The notes beneath the pieces are model-generated. The model ran no database searches, was not told where the DNA came from, and saw only the letters and a program-made list of their open reading frames with translations. Positions 23,431 through 37,312 of a stretch of 64,000 nt of DNA are shown piece after piece. How positions within the stretch are numbered: the first letter of the stretch is position 1; every line of letters begins with the position of its first letter. Source of the stretch: Phoronis australis. Lineage: Eukaryota; Animalia; Phoronida. Location of the stretch: positions 87,496-151,495 of the forward strand of contig NMRA01000717.1 in NCBI GenBank assembly GCA_002633005.1. Direction: 5' to 3'. The position numbers and the translations under genes are program-made.

Positions 23431-25580
23431 GTTTTGTCCGTCGCCCATTGGCCAATAAGTTGGAACGCTGACGTCACATCATATGCATTTCTTACATAAG
23501 ACCCACAGTTTTCTCGTGCCTATGACACGTTTGCCTGTAGCCAGCCAGCTAGCTGTATGAAGACTGTCGTCAAAATACATGTACATATGTATATTTATAT
23601 ACAGCTTTGTACCAAGGCTAGTTTGCCTGAAGACCACGGCTACTAATTTTTTTTCAACGATTCGATTTAAAATTCATTGTGAATTCGTACAACCACGTTC
23701 TCAAGGACTAGACGTCAGAGTCTCTGTACGTTCAGGACCCAATATTAGACGTGAGCTCCGAACACAGACACTGACTCGAACAGAAACGAATAATGTCGCT
23801 TGATTTGAGTGTAGTAAATTTGTCATAGTTTATTTTAAGTGTCGTGCCGTACAGGCGATTTTCGAGTCTACAATGTAGGTTCAGATTTCAGAGAGTAGAC
23901 ACGTGAGCCTTGACACGTGACCGTGGACTTAAGAGACTGGTGAAGCTCGACCTGCACTTTTGGCGGCTTTACCAATCTCTACTGTGTGAACATAGTTAAC
24001 AATCCTGTATAAATCTGACAGAATTTGGAAAGGCCGCGGGCACACAATGAAACTCGAGCACGTTTAAATCAAATTGGTCGTCTTGGTCAGCCTGCGTGTT
24101 GGCAGTTGTTCCAATGAGTAAAACTACGGTATTTTTCTACCGAGACATCGTGTCGAAGAAGACATGAACACTGAACAGTACACTGCATGTTCATATTGCA
24201 GTTCACTCTAGATAACATCTTGAACGCGTCGCAGCTTACTCGCTTAAGAGGCACGTAACAGAACAGTTCTCACTGGGTTTTGCCCAGCAAAACACACATC
24301 ACTTGATCTGTCACCTTTTCTTCACTCTGTCAAAAACAGGATGCAAAGAAGGACATGTTTTCAGATATGTCACATAAAAAGCCCTACAGATGTGCGCAGA
24401 AACTTTATTCTCTCTTGTATTTTTGACCCTTTCAATCCCACTGAAAACCAAACGCGACTAAGAAAAATAGGGGCAAAAAAGTGCACTTTTCACCTCAAAA
24501 CCACNGTTTTGTCCGTCGCCCATTGGCCAATAAGTTGGAACGCTGACGTCACATCATATGCATTTCTTACATAAGACCCACAGTTTTCTCGTGCCTATGA
24601 CACGTTTGCCTGTAGCCAGCCAGCTAGCTGTATGAAGACTGTCGTCAAAATACATGTACATATGTATATTTATATACAGCTTTGTACCAAGGCTAGTTTG
24701 CCTGAAGACCACGGCTACTAATTTTTTTTTCAACGATTCGATTTAAAATTCATTGTGAATTCGAACAACCACGTTCTCAAGGACTAGACGTCAGAGTCTC
24801 TGTACGTTCAGGACCCAATATTAGACGTGAGCTCCGAACACAGACACTGACTCGAACAGAAACGAATAATGTCGCTTGATTTGAGTATAGTAAATTTGTC
24901 ATAGTTTATTTTAAGTGTCGTGCCGTACAGGCGATTTTCGAGTCTACAATGTAGTTTCAGATTTCAGAGAGTAGACACGTGAGCCTTGACACGTGACCGT
25001 GGACTTAAGAGACTGGTGAAGCTCGACCTGCACTTTTGGCGGCTTTACCAATCTCTACTGTGTGAACATAGTTAACAATCCTGTATAAATCTGACAGAGT
25101 TTGGAAAGGCCGCGGGCACACAATGAAACTCGAGCACGTTTAAATCAAATTGGTCGTCTTGGTCAGCCTGCGTGTTGGCAGTTGTTCCAATGAGTAAAAC
25201 TACGGTATTTTTCTACCGAGACGTCGTGTCGAAGAAGACATGAACACTGAACAGTACACTGCATGTTCATATTGCAGTTCACTCTAGATAACATCTTGAA
25301 CGCGTCGCAGCTTACTCGCTTAAGAGGCACGTAACAGAACAGTTCTCACTGGGTTTTGCCCAGCAAAACACACATCACTTGATCTGTCACCTTTTCTTCA
25401 CTCTGTCAAAAACAGGATGCAAAGAAGGACATGTTTTCAGATATGTCACATAAAAAGCCCTACAGATGTGCGCAGAAACTTTATTCTCTCTTGTATTTTT
25501 GACCCTTTCAATCCCACTGAAAACCAAACGCGACTAAGAAAAATAGGGGCAAAAAAGTGCACTTTTCACCTCAAAACCAC
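23431..25580. repeat. ~1075-bp tandem duplication joined by a single n (probable haplotype/assembly duplication)
   Basis: 23431-24504 is nearly identical to 24506-25580, with n at 24505. Confidence 0.88.
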
Positions 25581-28001
25581 CACTTCCCTGCCGATGCACG
25601 ACTAAAACCAACAATAGATTCTGAAAGAAAATTTCCTACAGATTCCGAAAACGTGGTCCAAAAGTTCTGTCAACCAACTAGTTTTTTGGCAATTCTGGCT
25701 TGTTTGACGGCTACCTAAAATCGCAGCCAATTTCTCAGTCGCTACCCAGCAATGCACAATTGCAACCGGGGCAGCCATCATGAAGAAAAGAGCAGCCACA
25801 GCCGACAAAGTGGCCTTTTTTATTCTTAGCATGTTCATAAATACAAACAAACCACATTCACTGAGCCTATATACAATGCCCACCTACAAAATGCCCTCAA
25901 ACTTGGCCTACCCCAAAATTTTAATATTTTGGGAGTGCAAATTTGCCGCGCCACAGCCTAACTATTCAGTGCCACCTTAACGCACAGATCAATACGGCGG
26001 CAATCTACCAGGGAAACCCACACATCCTGAACTTTACAAAAGGTGGCGCTGGTGCAGAAACCAGTTATTCCACACAGCACCCGGTTTAATCTCAGGGGCG
26101 GTGCAGCACTGAAAAGGGGGCTATAGCCCCCAGCCCCCTATGGTGCCCCGCCAATAGTGTGAGGTACTTTTTTCAGGTATTCCCTAGTTGTTTTAATGCG
26201 ACAGGTATTTTACCCTCCGCCACCTATAGCGAAAAGTGGCCCTGTGAAAACATATGATGAACGACACACGGAATTCCGTGTGTAGGCATCATTACTCATA
26301 GCGATCACATTGCCAACACTTGCACACAACTTTATGCACAGTACATGTACTTGTTTGAGCATACGCAGCTGGAACGGGGTTTCCTTGATTTTGTTTACTT
26401 CGATCACTGCCGGTCTCAATAAATTGCAACCACTTCCAAGTCAAAGATGTTCGTCATAGTACGTAAGAGTAAACTGACAGGGCTTTCCGAGATTTCAACC
26501 AATGGGAATGACTGAATGTTATGACGTCAGTTTCATTAATTAGAGAAACCCTGTTAACCTTGATCAACATTCTACTGTGCTACCTTTCGTAGCATTGTTA
26601 ATGAATATTCACGTATCTACGTGTACTTGACGGAATGAGTCTTCCAATACAACCTTATTTCAAAGGGTCTGGAAATGTTTTACATTACAGCTGTGCTGCA
26701 CAAATATTCATAATTTCAGCATGAAATTAGTTAAAGAGGACAATCAATGCTATAAAATGGTCTTTTTGTTGTTCATAAAAATCTTGAAAATGGTGCTGAG
26801 CCTCTAAGTGGAATGTATGCGTTCTTAAAAGAATACTATAGTTGATGTTCTGTACATCTACTGTACATCCTAATCACCATTAGTGTAGTGCTTTCACGCA
26901 GATGGAATACACCTTCCCATTTTCAATGAAGCGTCTACATACCGTAGACTGAGTTGTAATAGCAGATAGATGCAAATGATGATACGCAGGTGTTCGAGCG
27001 TATACACGCACGTACATCTAAATTTACCACTACACCGCTGACACTTGTTGTGTTGGAGACAGACTTGTGGGTCAATTAGTGCACCCACCTTGAGTTCGGT
27101 GGCGACACCTAGTGACTGCGAAACACACCAACCATCAGTGCAACCTATTGTACTTCCCTTGTTAATCAATTGAGGAGTGCCTGACATTATGAAAGAAATT
27201 CAGCAATGTAAGAGAAGAGTTAGATCGAGGGCGAGTTGATTAAATTTCGAATTTCCCCAGTTGCCCCAGCTTCTGTCAATAGAGGTCGCACATGAAGTAG
27301 TACACCAAAATGTTCCAATCCAATTTGCTTTTTTTTGAATAATTTAAAAAGCCAATTTTTCAATTTTTTGATGCGATGTTAAACTGAAAATTTTGCGTCC
27401 TGTTTTCCACCTCGTTAGCAGTACATTTTTCGGTAGTAGTCACTGGCGGGTGGCTCTCGGATATTGAGAACTAGTTTGATGTCCGTTATTCAGTGTTATA
27501 AAACGTGTTTCATAATTTGGGACTCGTGTTTACAACAATTTTTTCTTTTAACGGACTACCTCTTTCGAGCACCATTTGTTTTGTTACAAATCATTATTTT
27601 TCTTGAAAGCACCACACAAATCGTTTGGTTCTCTTTACACCATCAATGGATGGGACTCAATTGACGTGTTTGGAAGTTTCGCAAGAAGTTGTAAACCCGG
27701 TTATGCCCTGTATGGAGTATTTTACTGACGACGGGGAAACTTGGGAAGTCTAGGCGGACTTGTAGAAAGATGTGAAGGCTCACAAACTAAAAGCCGAGAC
27801 AAGCTAACTCATTGAATTTGGTTTTAAAATCACGATTGATGTCTAAAGCCCGGGCCAGAATTCCACTCTAATTTCTGTAAGGAACACTTTGAGACCCAGT
27901 TAATGACGGTAAATAAAAAAGCAATGTTCTGGACCCCGGAAGACGAGTTTCCACACCTTTACATGTTGCGTGTTTTGCACTTTAAGTGGTTACGGTTCCA
28001 G

Positions 28002-28290
28002 GTTTACCTCGGATAATAGGTGTCGCTGGCTATCCAAAACAGCCACTTTTCAAAGGAAACGAAAAGCCACAAGCGGGTTTCGTGGCCAGCAGGCGATTTT
28101 ACACGTTTGAATGCAAGGCAGTTGTTAGTGGCGACGAGAAGTTCAGTTTGGAGTTCCATCGACTGTACCGCCGCCCTTTGGAAGGAGAAGAGGTGATCAA
28201 ATCAAGGCCTGTCATCAGTAAACTGGAAGCCACATTTTCAATAAGGGTGACTGTTTTCATCCATGATTCTTTCGAAGCCAGCCGCATCAG
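28002..28290 (+). CDS. Mosaic protein exon: N-terminal part of a divergent Ig-like domain
   Basis: ttccag| LPRIIGV...YTFECKAVV...ATFSIRVTV...SRI AG|GTAAGG. Phase-1 start (alternative acceptor gives a start at 27987), phase-2 end. Confidence 0.65.
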
Positions 28291-28465
28291 GTAAGGGTAA
28301 TTACTTGACCACGGCAACATGACACGTCTAAATTCAAGAGATGTTTTACGCTTCAAAAATTCGAATCATAAGTCGCATTCCGAATCCATTTCAGAGTCCT
28401 CGTACCGTCATGAAACGTTGATAACTAATGTTGAATTGTCTACCTTATTCTTTCTGTGCTAACAG

Positions 28466-28536
28466 GTGCGCTGTTGTTGACACTGGAAGCCATATTGTGA
28501 CCAGCGAAACCACTGGATTTTTGACGATCCTTTGGC
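28466..28536 (+). CDS. Mosaic protein exon: C-terminal part of the same Ig-like domain
   Basis: aacag|G TGC... gives R-CAVVDTGSHIVTSETTGFLTILW |GTAAGG. The frame fits the phase-2 donor at 28290 and supplies the second Cys; ends in phase 1. Confidence 0.68.
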
Positions 28537-30247
28537 GTAAGGCAACTTTTTTATTTGTGTTAAAACATCGTTTTCATTTTGAGGCTTTAAGAAAGAGAGT
28601 ATTCGTGATTTCTTTCGGCCTCAAAACATTTTGATTTGATTTGGGCCTGACTCATTTTGAACTCTGTTGGCGCCTTCTATACCCAAAAAAACAAGTTTTC
28701 GTTCTTTATAATACAAGCACCAACATGAGCAAGCCTGTTTTCAAACGAACTAGTTTGCCGAGTCAGCCACCAACACTGCCATACTGGATTTCATTAAATA
28801 AACCTCTCTCTTGATGTTAGGTGGACTCTTAAAACTACAACATTACCAGTTCATTTGAAAAACAGACAAGGACCTAAAACCGATTGAGAGGAGGCAGTAT
28901 GGCCTAGGATGATACATGGAGGTGCAAGATAATTCTTTAGTCGAGGTCGTGGCATCGAGTCCCACTGGGTCAAACTGCTAAGCCCTTGAGTCGGGCTTCT
29001 AGGTCCTCATCTTGGTTTAGCTGAACCCGCTGGTGCTGGGGAGGACAGGTCGAGTTCGTACGGCCTCAAACATAGAAAGTCACTGGTTGCCGATATGGCA
29101 AAGTATAACTCATTACTTGTTTTACCTGTGGTCTGAGCGTCGTCTTCACCTCCATCCCCATACCTGTTGCTCACTCTCTGTCTTTGTAATTCCAAGATCA
29201 CTACTATTCGCCACTGCGTAGTCATGTATATACTGTACTGATCAACGTTTTCCACTAATGACATCACGTGACGGGAAACCAAAAATCACCAAAATGTCGT
29301 CGATTTTTCTTTAAATTTGAAGTTCTTCAATTATTTCTTAAAATAAGTGCTTGTTTAGTTAGATTTTGTGTAGTAAAATTATTGTAAACGCTTCAAAGCC
29401 TCCAAAAGTGTAAAGTTCCGTCATGGGAATTCTTTCAACATGTGGAACTTGACAAAATCTCTGGTCACAATGTCAACGTTTTGGAATCTAGAGTGACAGA
29501 ATATTATATATAAGTTCTCGACTCCTCTCCTGCACCGGATCACCAGTGAATTTGTGATTTCAGGTGAAAAGGGTCAAAAATGGCAACTTTGGGTCATTTT
29601 TACAATCTCATTTTATTCCGGTGGATGTACCAAGGCAAATTACATGGTTTCACGAGTGGTTCCTGTCAAGTATGCCTTTCTCAGCCGGAGTAAAAATGAG
29701 GGCGTTCATTGAGCGAGTTAACGCCAGTATCAGCCACTAGAACTAGGTGTAAGCCTTTATGACAAACTGCGCCGCTTGAGTGGCAAACCTCCACGTCATG
29801 GCGAGTCAGGGGCATGAAAACACGTTTTACTCAAAATAACTGTAACGTACTACGTGAATATAGATCGCTCATTACAACACACGATTGTCATAAAACTTGA
29901 CCAACCCCATTTTTTCCATTTCTACCCAGGCCTACGGTCCTCTCACTGAACAAACCGCTGTCATGAATATCTAAAAGTACGATTAATCGGGGTAAATTGT
30001 GCAAATCATGAGTTTTAACCGAACTGACTTATATACCAAACAGGGCGGCAGAGGGCGTGCGTTCCGCAGATGCCAGATCATGCAAGACTCGGAAGTGTTA
30101 CAAACAATGAGTGATTACACTAACTACAGTCGCAATATTTTTCCGTCCACAGAACTCTTACTAGTTCTCATAACCTTTTAATCTGCATGTCTCAGTAGAT
30201 TCATTTTAATTCTAGCCACTGACAGAGAGTACGTAGACTTACTGGGA

Positions 30248-30451
30248 AACGTAGACGGTCTGCTAGGAGTACAGCTGGCTCTAAAAGGTAGGTTTTTAGG
30301 ACAGACGTGTTCAAAACGTAGACGGTCTGCTAGGAGTACAGCTGGCTCTAAAAGGTAGGTTCTTAGGATAGACGTGTTCAAAACGTAGACGGTCTGCTAG
30401 GAGTACAGCTGGCTCTAAAAGGTAGGTTGTTAGGACAGACGTGTTCAAAAC
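30248..30451. repeat. Tandem repeat, ~67-bp unit x3
   Basis: AACGTAGACGGTCTGCTAGGAGTACAGCTGGCTCTAAAAGGTAGGTT..TAGGA.AGACGTGTTCAA repeated. Confidence 0.9.
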
Positions 30452-32406
30452 TTTGACAGAAGAAATGTCACCTGTATATTCATACATGTAGTTATAACAA
30501 CGGATAGACACCTTTGTGTACAGTTCCTCTTATTGAGTTCACGTCTATCACAGTGTGTGCTTTTATTCAGCCATGATAGCCAAACTCCTGACGCAGTGCT
30601 GTGAAGAAATATTCAGCCATAGCCCAACACGTGACGCAGTGCTGTGAAGGGTTACTGCTCAATATGAAGCTAGAGCAGCCAGTGGGATTGAGAATAGCGT
30701 GGTGGTGCGAAGGACGATAATTTTTCAAACCAAAACGTCCCAATCAATATGTGATAATTCGAGCGATGATTGGTAGTTCCATGAACCATGCTCTTCATTT
30801 TCTTATTGTTGTATCGTGGTCACGCGCGTGCGCAGTGCGCTATTAAATTACGTACACGTGCGTGAAAAACTAGAAATCCATTTTTAGCATATTAAAAATA
30901 AACTAGCCGTTACCCACTGGGAAACGCCGAGGGTGTGAAATAGCTCATTAGAGTGAACCGAGTGTTTATCGCAAGAGACAGGAATACTTCTTGAAGAGAC
31001 CGTGTTAAAAGCTTCAAGACGAATTTCTGTCACCGTCATATTTTAGTAGGCAAGGTGTGCGGCTGCGGGATTCTTTCCCTTCGCAGTACAAATTTCTTTC
31101 CACTCATAACATTTGACCCTGCCGTAAAACAAAGTACAGTTATTAAATATTACTCTTTTTAAAGTGAAAACTAAGAATGCATTTAAAATATCGTATAGCA
31201 CACAAAGTATATGTATTTACAAAAAATGCATCATAAATGTACATACTGGGGTAAAAGGCAGCTAGCTGTACGACGACTATCTCGTCAATATACAGCTAGG
31301 TAGCCGTGTGTAGACTACTCCCGCGTCGCCGGGACATCGAAATTTCAAACAACCCAGGTGCTCAGCTCGTCACCTCGTCGTGAAACTTAGAGCTAACAAC
31401 CTTCAGGGGTGCATTCAGAATCTGGGAATGAACCGACATTCACCTTGCCTGTTACAGCCGTTGATAGAAGTAAAAAAATCTAACAAACGTTATTTTTCGT
31501 AATTCTCCGCCTTTTGTAACAAAGGAAAATCTGTCCGACCGTCGTTTTGAAAACAGTGCATACTCGTGACACGCACGCGTACGCGCCATTTCCTAAAATT
31601 TTGCGATATCTCTCGAGAGTTTGTTCTGAAATTGGTTCTTCTGGTATTAAATTAGTAAAAACTTGTAACGAAATGAAACCACTTCCGATATTTACGACAT
31701 GTACGCAACCTCACAGTTGACTGAAGATCATGGAAATTGGCCAATAGGTGACGCAATTGCGCCCAAAAGCGCATCGCAATTTTAGCAGTAGAATAACTGA
31801 AGAACGCCAATTTTCCAACACCCGAGTAAATAATTTAGTTTACTCAAGGAAGACTAAAAAATTAATTTTGGCGGCGACAGACCCGATGAATTATGTACGC
31901 GACAGAAACCGGAGGCAGTGAAATCAAACCGACAGAGTGACGTCACCCAGGCCGTTGAGCCGACCGACTGACGTCACCAAAGCCAGTGCGAAACTGGCCA
32001 CCCTCCCTCCGCGTCCGCAAAAAAATTTGCCCGAGAGAAAAAATAGAACACCTCGAATCCAAATAGGGAGCCGGTGCAATACCTGGGACCATGGCGGTGC
32101 CGAAACAGGCGCAACGAAGGTCTGAAGTGGAGCGAGCCGGGAGACGGAGTTTGTACAAACGATGCATTTTATATAGATACCAGTACCCGAAATTTTATGC
32201 CGTGGTTCACGCCTCTCTCGACACAGTAGCGCTTGAGAGACCTAGTGGCACTGATTTTGGAATATTAGGCAGAGAACCAAGGTGCAAAAGCACCATCTGA
32301 CAATCACGTCAATTCCTTGAGCATAACCTGAAGTACATCTGTAGCGGTTTAGAAGAGAAAATCAATTCGTTACCGTGATGGTTGTTTCATTTTTCGTAAA
32401 TTGTAG

Positions 32407-32670
32407 ACAGAACATGCATTACGGATGAAAAAGGCGTTAATTTCGAAGGGACCCACATCGCAAATTACCATGACGATTGTGCCCCTTGGAACACGAAAAC
32501 AAAGTTCTTCAGCGCCACCGTACGGTCAGCCTACGACAAATGGAGTAGCGCCGAAAAACAGTCGACAGACTGTAGAAACCCTGACAACTCGAAAGCCCCC
32601 TGGTGTTATATTCGCTTATCATACGATCCCTCTAAGTGGCGTTACTGTGACATTGCACGCTGTCCGGCAG
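32407..32670 (+). CDS. Mosaic protein exon: kringle domain (absent from the ORF track)
   Basis: tgtag| RTCITDEKGVNFEG...DCAPW...DCRNPDNSKAPWCY...WRYCDIARCPA |GTAATT. Complete 6-Cys kringle signature; phase 1-1. Confidence 0.92.
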
Positions 32671-33202
32671 GTAATTGTGCGTTATTGGATCGCCAAGCTA
32701 GAGAACAAGTTTACGTACCTATCACCGACCGAGTCGTCGGCTCGTCCAGCAAAATCTGAAAGTCAGATGACTGTGGTGATGCGTTGTAACACCAAACTGC
32801 TTCTATCAAGAAGACCTCAATATTGACAGTTAACCAACGACAAACTGCCACTTTAAATTGAAACTCGCTGATTTGTTGAAATCACCGAGTAACAGTAAAG
32901 GTCTATCATAATTAACAAGCTATTTTTCTCATTTCTGAGTCCCATTTGCTTGATTTGCTTATCCACTGAGTGTCTTCAGTTCGAGATGGTAATATTTAAG
33001 CGTGTATTGCGTGATTTTAGAGCGACTCTCAAGGTCATCATTAATTTTTGACTGACTTCTAGAACAATTGAAACTATTGATTGATATTCAAAAAAGAGGT
33101 CACATCACTTGGAAATGTGCTCCGCCCAATGTTAAGCTTATGATGCAGCTGTGATAGTTTGGCCCATACATGTATGTGGCGCTGTGTTCTTTCTATTTCT
33201 AG

Positions 33203-33247
33203 AGTTGACCCAATGTGGCACAACTAGCGCCCCCTGTCCCGATCCCG
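33203..33247 (+). CDS. Mosaic protein 45-bp microexon (ELTQCGTTSAPCPDP)
   Basis: Strong polypyrimidine acceptor ttctttctatttctag and donor G|GTAAGT; 45 nt, phase 1-1, open frame. Confidence 0.65.
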
Positions 33248-34273
33248 GTAAGTTAGCATTCTCTAACAATAAGAACGTTGTCCATTGAAATTGTTTTTGG
33301 TCAGTAAAGCACATTTCATAGCCATAACTGTGTTTTTAAAGTGGTTCCACCAATTTTACGTCCAAAGTAACAAAAAACCCTACCAGTCGATTATCTGTGG
33401 AATTAGAACACCCGCAAACATTATCTGGTGATGCTCGATACATACTATATAGAATTGAGACAACTACTTGCAGCAATAGTCATTGTACCCTGTGTTTAGC
33501 GTGAAAAGTTGGATATTGAAGCTTCTCGTTTCCTGTGAGGCGTTGACAGTGTTTGTGGTGGTAGTGACAAGTCAGTCTTTGAGCATTCTGTAGGCCTATC
33601 TATTTTCAAGTCACGTTCCCGCTTCATATATTCGTAGATGGGGTATAACATGCGCGCACCTAGCCTTTAATATGGGGGGCTCGAATTTCTGGCGATGTGG
33701 ACCCTTTAATGACAAAATTGGAAGGACTAAAAAAATAACGGTGTGCCACCTTCACTGTGCGTCTGTGCCTTTTCAGTGGACTTTTGTCTTGTTTTTTCGG
33801 ACTTTTTGTTTCTCTGAGGCGGACCTTTTGCCCACTTCGCCAAATGGGGGGGCTCATTCGAGCGAAGGCAACCTTTTTCATGTCATATTAGCAAAAATAA
33901 GGTTCGTTGGTTATCCCACACATATTTTACACTTCATTGTAATTCTTCGTAATTTAATTAATTACTCGTCCACAACTCCCGAAGTGACACTTTGGGAGGC
34001 AAGAATTTCGTGCCAATTTGGCTCTGCGTTGAGTGTAGTGTGAGGATCTGTACTACTTTTGTTTTCGGGCTGTTTTTCTAAAATTATCGTCACCACTTCC
34101 CATCGACGAGTGTTCTGCGACAAAATATGTTGTTAGAGAACCCAATTACGTTGGATTTAGGGATTCTTTAGTTTGTATTAATCTGACAATGTCTGGAGTT
34201 GGCGACCCATATCACATTGACAGTAGTGACGTGAGTAACGGAGACATTGTTCATATAGCAGTGGTAACGGATA

Positions 34274-35135
34274 ATACTATACTAATACTACTAATACTAC
34301 TGCTAATACTACTGCTAATACTACTGTTAATACTACTACTTATACAACCACTAATACTACTAATACTAGTGCTAATACTACTGTTAATACTACTACTTAT
34401 ACAACCACTGATACTACTAATACTACTTCTAATACCACTACTAATGCCAGTACTAATACTACTACTGATAGTACTACTGATACCAATACTAATACTACTA
34501 CTGATAGTACTACTGATACCAATACTAATACTACTACTGATAGTGCTACTGATACCAATACTAATACTACTACTGATAGTACTACTGATACCAATACTAA
34601 TACTACTACTGATAGTACTACTGATACCAATACTAATACTACTACTGATAGTGCTACTGATACCAATACTAATACTACTACTGATAGTGCTACTGATACC
34701 AATACTAATACTACTACTGATAGTACTATTGATACCAATACTAATACTACTACTGATAGTACTACTGATACCAATACTAATACTACTACTGATAGCGCTA
34801 CTGATACCAATACTAATACTACTACTGATAATGCTACTGATACCAATACTAATACTTATGCTACCACTAATACCACCACTAATACTACTACTACTACTAC
34901 TACTGCTAACATTAATACTACTACTAAAACTACTGCTACTACTACAGCTAATACTATACAGCTACTTGTACTAATAATACTACTGATATTACTACTACTA
35001 CTAATAATAATAATAAAACTAATACTACTACTAATACTACTACTACTACTACTAACTAATACAACTATTACTAAAACTACTAACACTACTACTACTACTA
35101 ATAATAATAATAATACTATACTACTAATACTACTA

Positions 35136-35173
<38 letters not shown>

Positions 35174-35198
35174 TTACTACTACTACTACTACTACTAC

Positions 35199-35232
<34 letters not shown>

Positions 35233-35276
35233 ATACTACTAATACTACTATACTACTAATACTACTAATACTACTG
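34274..35276. repeat. Low-complexity (TAC/TAA)n-derived simple repeat with a ~39-bp higher-order unit
   Basis: TACTACTGATACCAATACTAATACTACTACTGATAG units, followed by (TAC)n/(TAA)n. Confidence 0.95.
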
Positions 35277-36280
35277 CTGTCGCTGCTGCTGCTGCTCCTG
35301 CTGTCACATCAAATAATTCTACTATTTTTACTTGTATTACTTGAGGTCTCAGTTTTCAGTGACTTCAATAAAAGGGTGAACCTGTGTCTTCACTGACCGG
35401 TGCAAATGACTTCCCGTGCAATGACAGGTTTGAACTTGCCATCACTAAACGAATACAAGCCTAATAAAACAAAACCTCCGACAAATTGTCTGCTCTAATT
35501 ATCCAGCGAAACTTTGACTTGTTTAATTAACAGCTAACTGTCACACTCTTTGATTCATTCATTGACGTCACGTCACAACTGATTAATTCAACTCAGTGGC
35601 CACATTCAATACGATGAAACGTCCTAGGAAGTCCCTGTTAAGTGTTCAAAGCGCAATCATAACTACGACAAAAAGGCCATTGGTACTTTAGAGTGAAATA
35701 GAAACTTGCTTGTCTGACTCGCTGAAACAACTCATTCGGTGTGCGGATGTTATTTGCAGCTGACACTGTAGAGTAGGCATACTGGTGGTGGTTGTTTCTT
35801 ACCTCACCATTATATTCCTCGGCCCATTACTTATTTATAATATGCCTAGAACCTCTCAATAGCCTGCTCTAGAGAAACTCGAATAATGGCTGCCATGTGC
35901 TTGCTGCAGTACCTCTCGGTAGGTAACGTTCCCAGTTTCGTGATCTTTCTTGGCGCATTGTTTTTGCATGACTGACAACGTTTAGTTGGTCTTAGAGAGC
36001 AAGTTGCAGCTGAGCCGTTTCTGTCGCGTAGAAATCCCTTTCACGTGGTCTGCCGTTCGCCCTTAATCTCAGTTTGATCAAACATCTGAAGTTCCTGGGG
36101 CTCAATGAACTGACGTATTGCCACGTCATGCACATGTATTGTTGTACGCACAGTCAATCACTGGTGAAGCTCTGTTTGCGTCCTGGTCATCAGCCTTCAA
36201 GCTAGATTCTTCAGAATCTGTACCCTCTGCTCTGTCAACTGTCGTTATTGATCTCTCTGGCGTTTAGGCAATTGGTCTCT

Positions 36281-36481
36281 CCTCTTGAGGAGTGGAGCAT
36301 CACGAGACTTATTTGTGATCCTCTTGAGGAGTGGAGCATCACGAGAGTTGTTTGTGATCCTCCTGAGGAGTGGAGCATCACGAGAGTCATTTGTGATCCT
36401 CCTGAGGAGCGGAGCATCACGAGGGTCATTTGTGATCATCCCGAGGAGTGGAGCATCACGAGAGTCATTTGTGATCCTCCT
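36281..36481. repeat. Minisatellite, 39-bp unit x5
   Basis: CCTCCTGAGGAGTGGAGCATCACGAGAGTCATTTGTGAT repeated. Confidence 0.92.
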
Positions 36482-37036
36482 TCAGGTCCTCCACCAGGTC
36501 ACTGCTTGCCCTGTTCTCGTTAACGGTTTTTATTGCTTACTTTCGCTCGACATGCCCTAGCGTCAGGTAGGTTCCCGATGTATACAGTGTACAACTAAAA
36601 CTAGTATCATTTGTACTGACGGAAAACAAATGTATTTCGCCTTGTTTACCAGGGTAAAACAGAAAATAATAATATACGTTTTTGGCTCTCATATAAAATC
36701 ACAATATTCCTTACTGTGATAAGATTCATTTCCGTAACCATGGAAACCTCGAAACCACCAGCGACCCGACAATACGCTTCAGAGTTTATAGAGGCTGTCC
36801 AATCCAAAAGTTTCAAATTTGAAAATGGCACGTGTACATAGTCATTGCCTGTGACTTGAGTCGTTTAACATGGAAAAGATAGAAGCCCAGTTGTATGGGA
36901 TTAAAGGTCCGGTTCAATTTTCTCCTTAGCTTGCTAAGCAGTGCAAAATGCAGCTTAAATTCCTTGTTAAGGTTTCGTATAACAGGGAGGAAATGCTTCT
37001 TTAGATTTAAAAACCGCGTTTCATTTTATTGTCCAG

Positions 37037-37312
37037 AGCCAGATGGAAACTGTTTGTCCGATGAGCAAGGTCTTATGTTCACTGGAAAGACGTCCAAGAC
37101 TGAATCAGGCAAGCAGTGTGTTGTATGGAAATCCGTTTATTTGAATGAAGTAAACACCGGTACATCAGATTGGATCAAGGAGTATGAGAAATGGGATGAA
37201 GAGGTACAGTTATCAAGTTGGTGTCGTAACCCAGATAGAGACAGCGAGGGACCGTGGTGTATGTCGCTAGGTGGCGTGAAGGAATATTGTGACATACCTA
37301 CGTGTCCTCGAG
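37037..37312 (+). CDS. Mosaic protein exon: kringle domain
   Basis: tccag| PDGNCLSDEQGLMFTGKTSKTESGKQCVVW...WCRNPDRDSEGPWC...EYCDIPTCPR |GTAAGA; phase 1-1. Confidence 0.93.

Noticed and set aside
23431-25580. Apparent segmental duplication with twin ORFs (24341 and 25417)
   Set aside because: A single n at the junction and near identity indicate an assembly overlap of haplotypes. The ORFs have no recognisable features.
28888-28995. tRNA/SINE-like head (TGGCCTAGG ... GCATCGAGTCCC)
   Set aside because: The A and B boxes are degenerate, there is no cloverleaf, and no second copy occurs in the window.
29021-29135. Possible alternative terminal exon of the mosaic gene (EPAGAGED...LLVLPVV*)
   Set aside because: It is a short open frame after a tag with no domain similarity or nearby poly(A) signal, and is indistinguishable from chance.
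34189-34974. 261-aa Leu/Ile-rich ORF resembling a membrane protein (and antisense Val-rich ORFs)
   Set aside because: It is a translation of a (TAC/TAA)-derived simple repeat. There is no domain signal or convincing splice context, and a continuous Thr-rich mucin frame was not evident.
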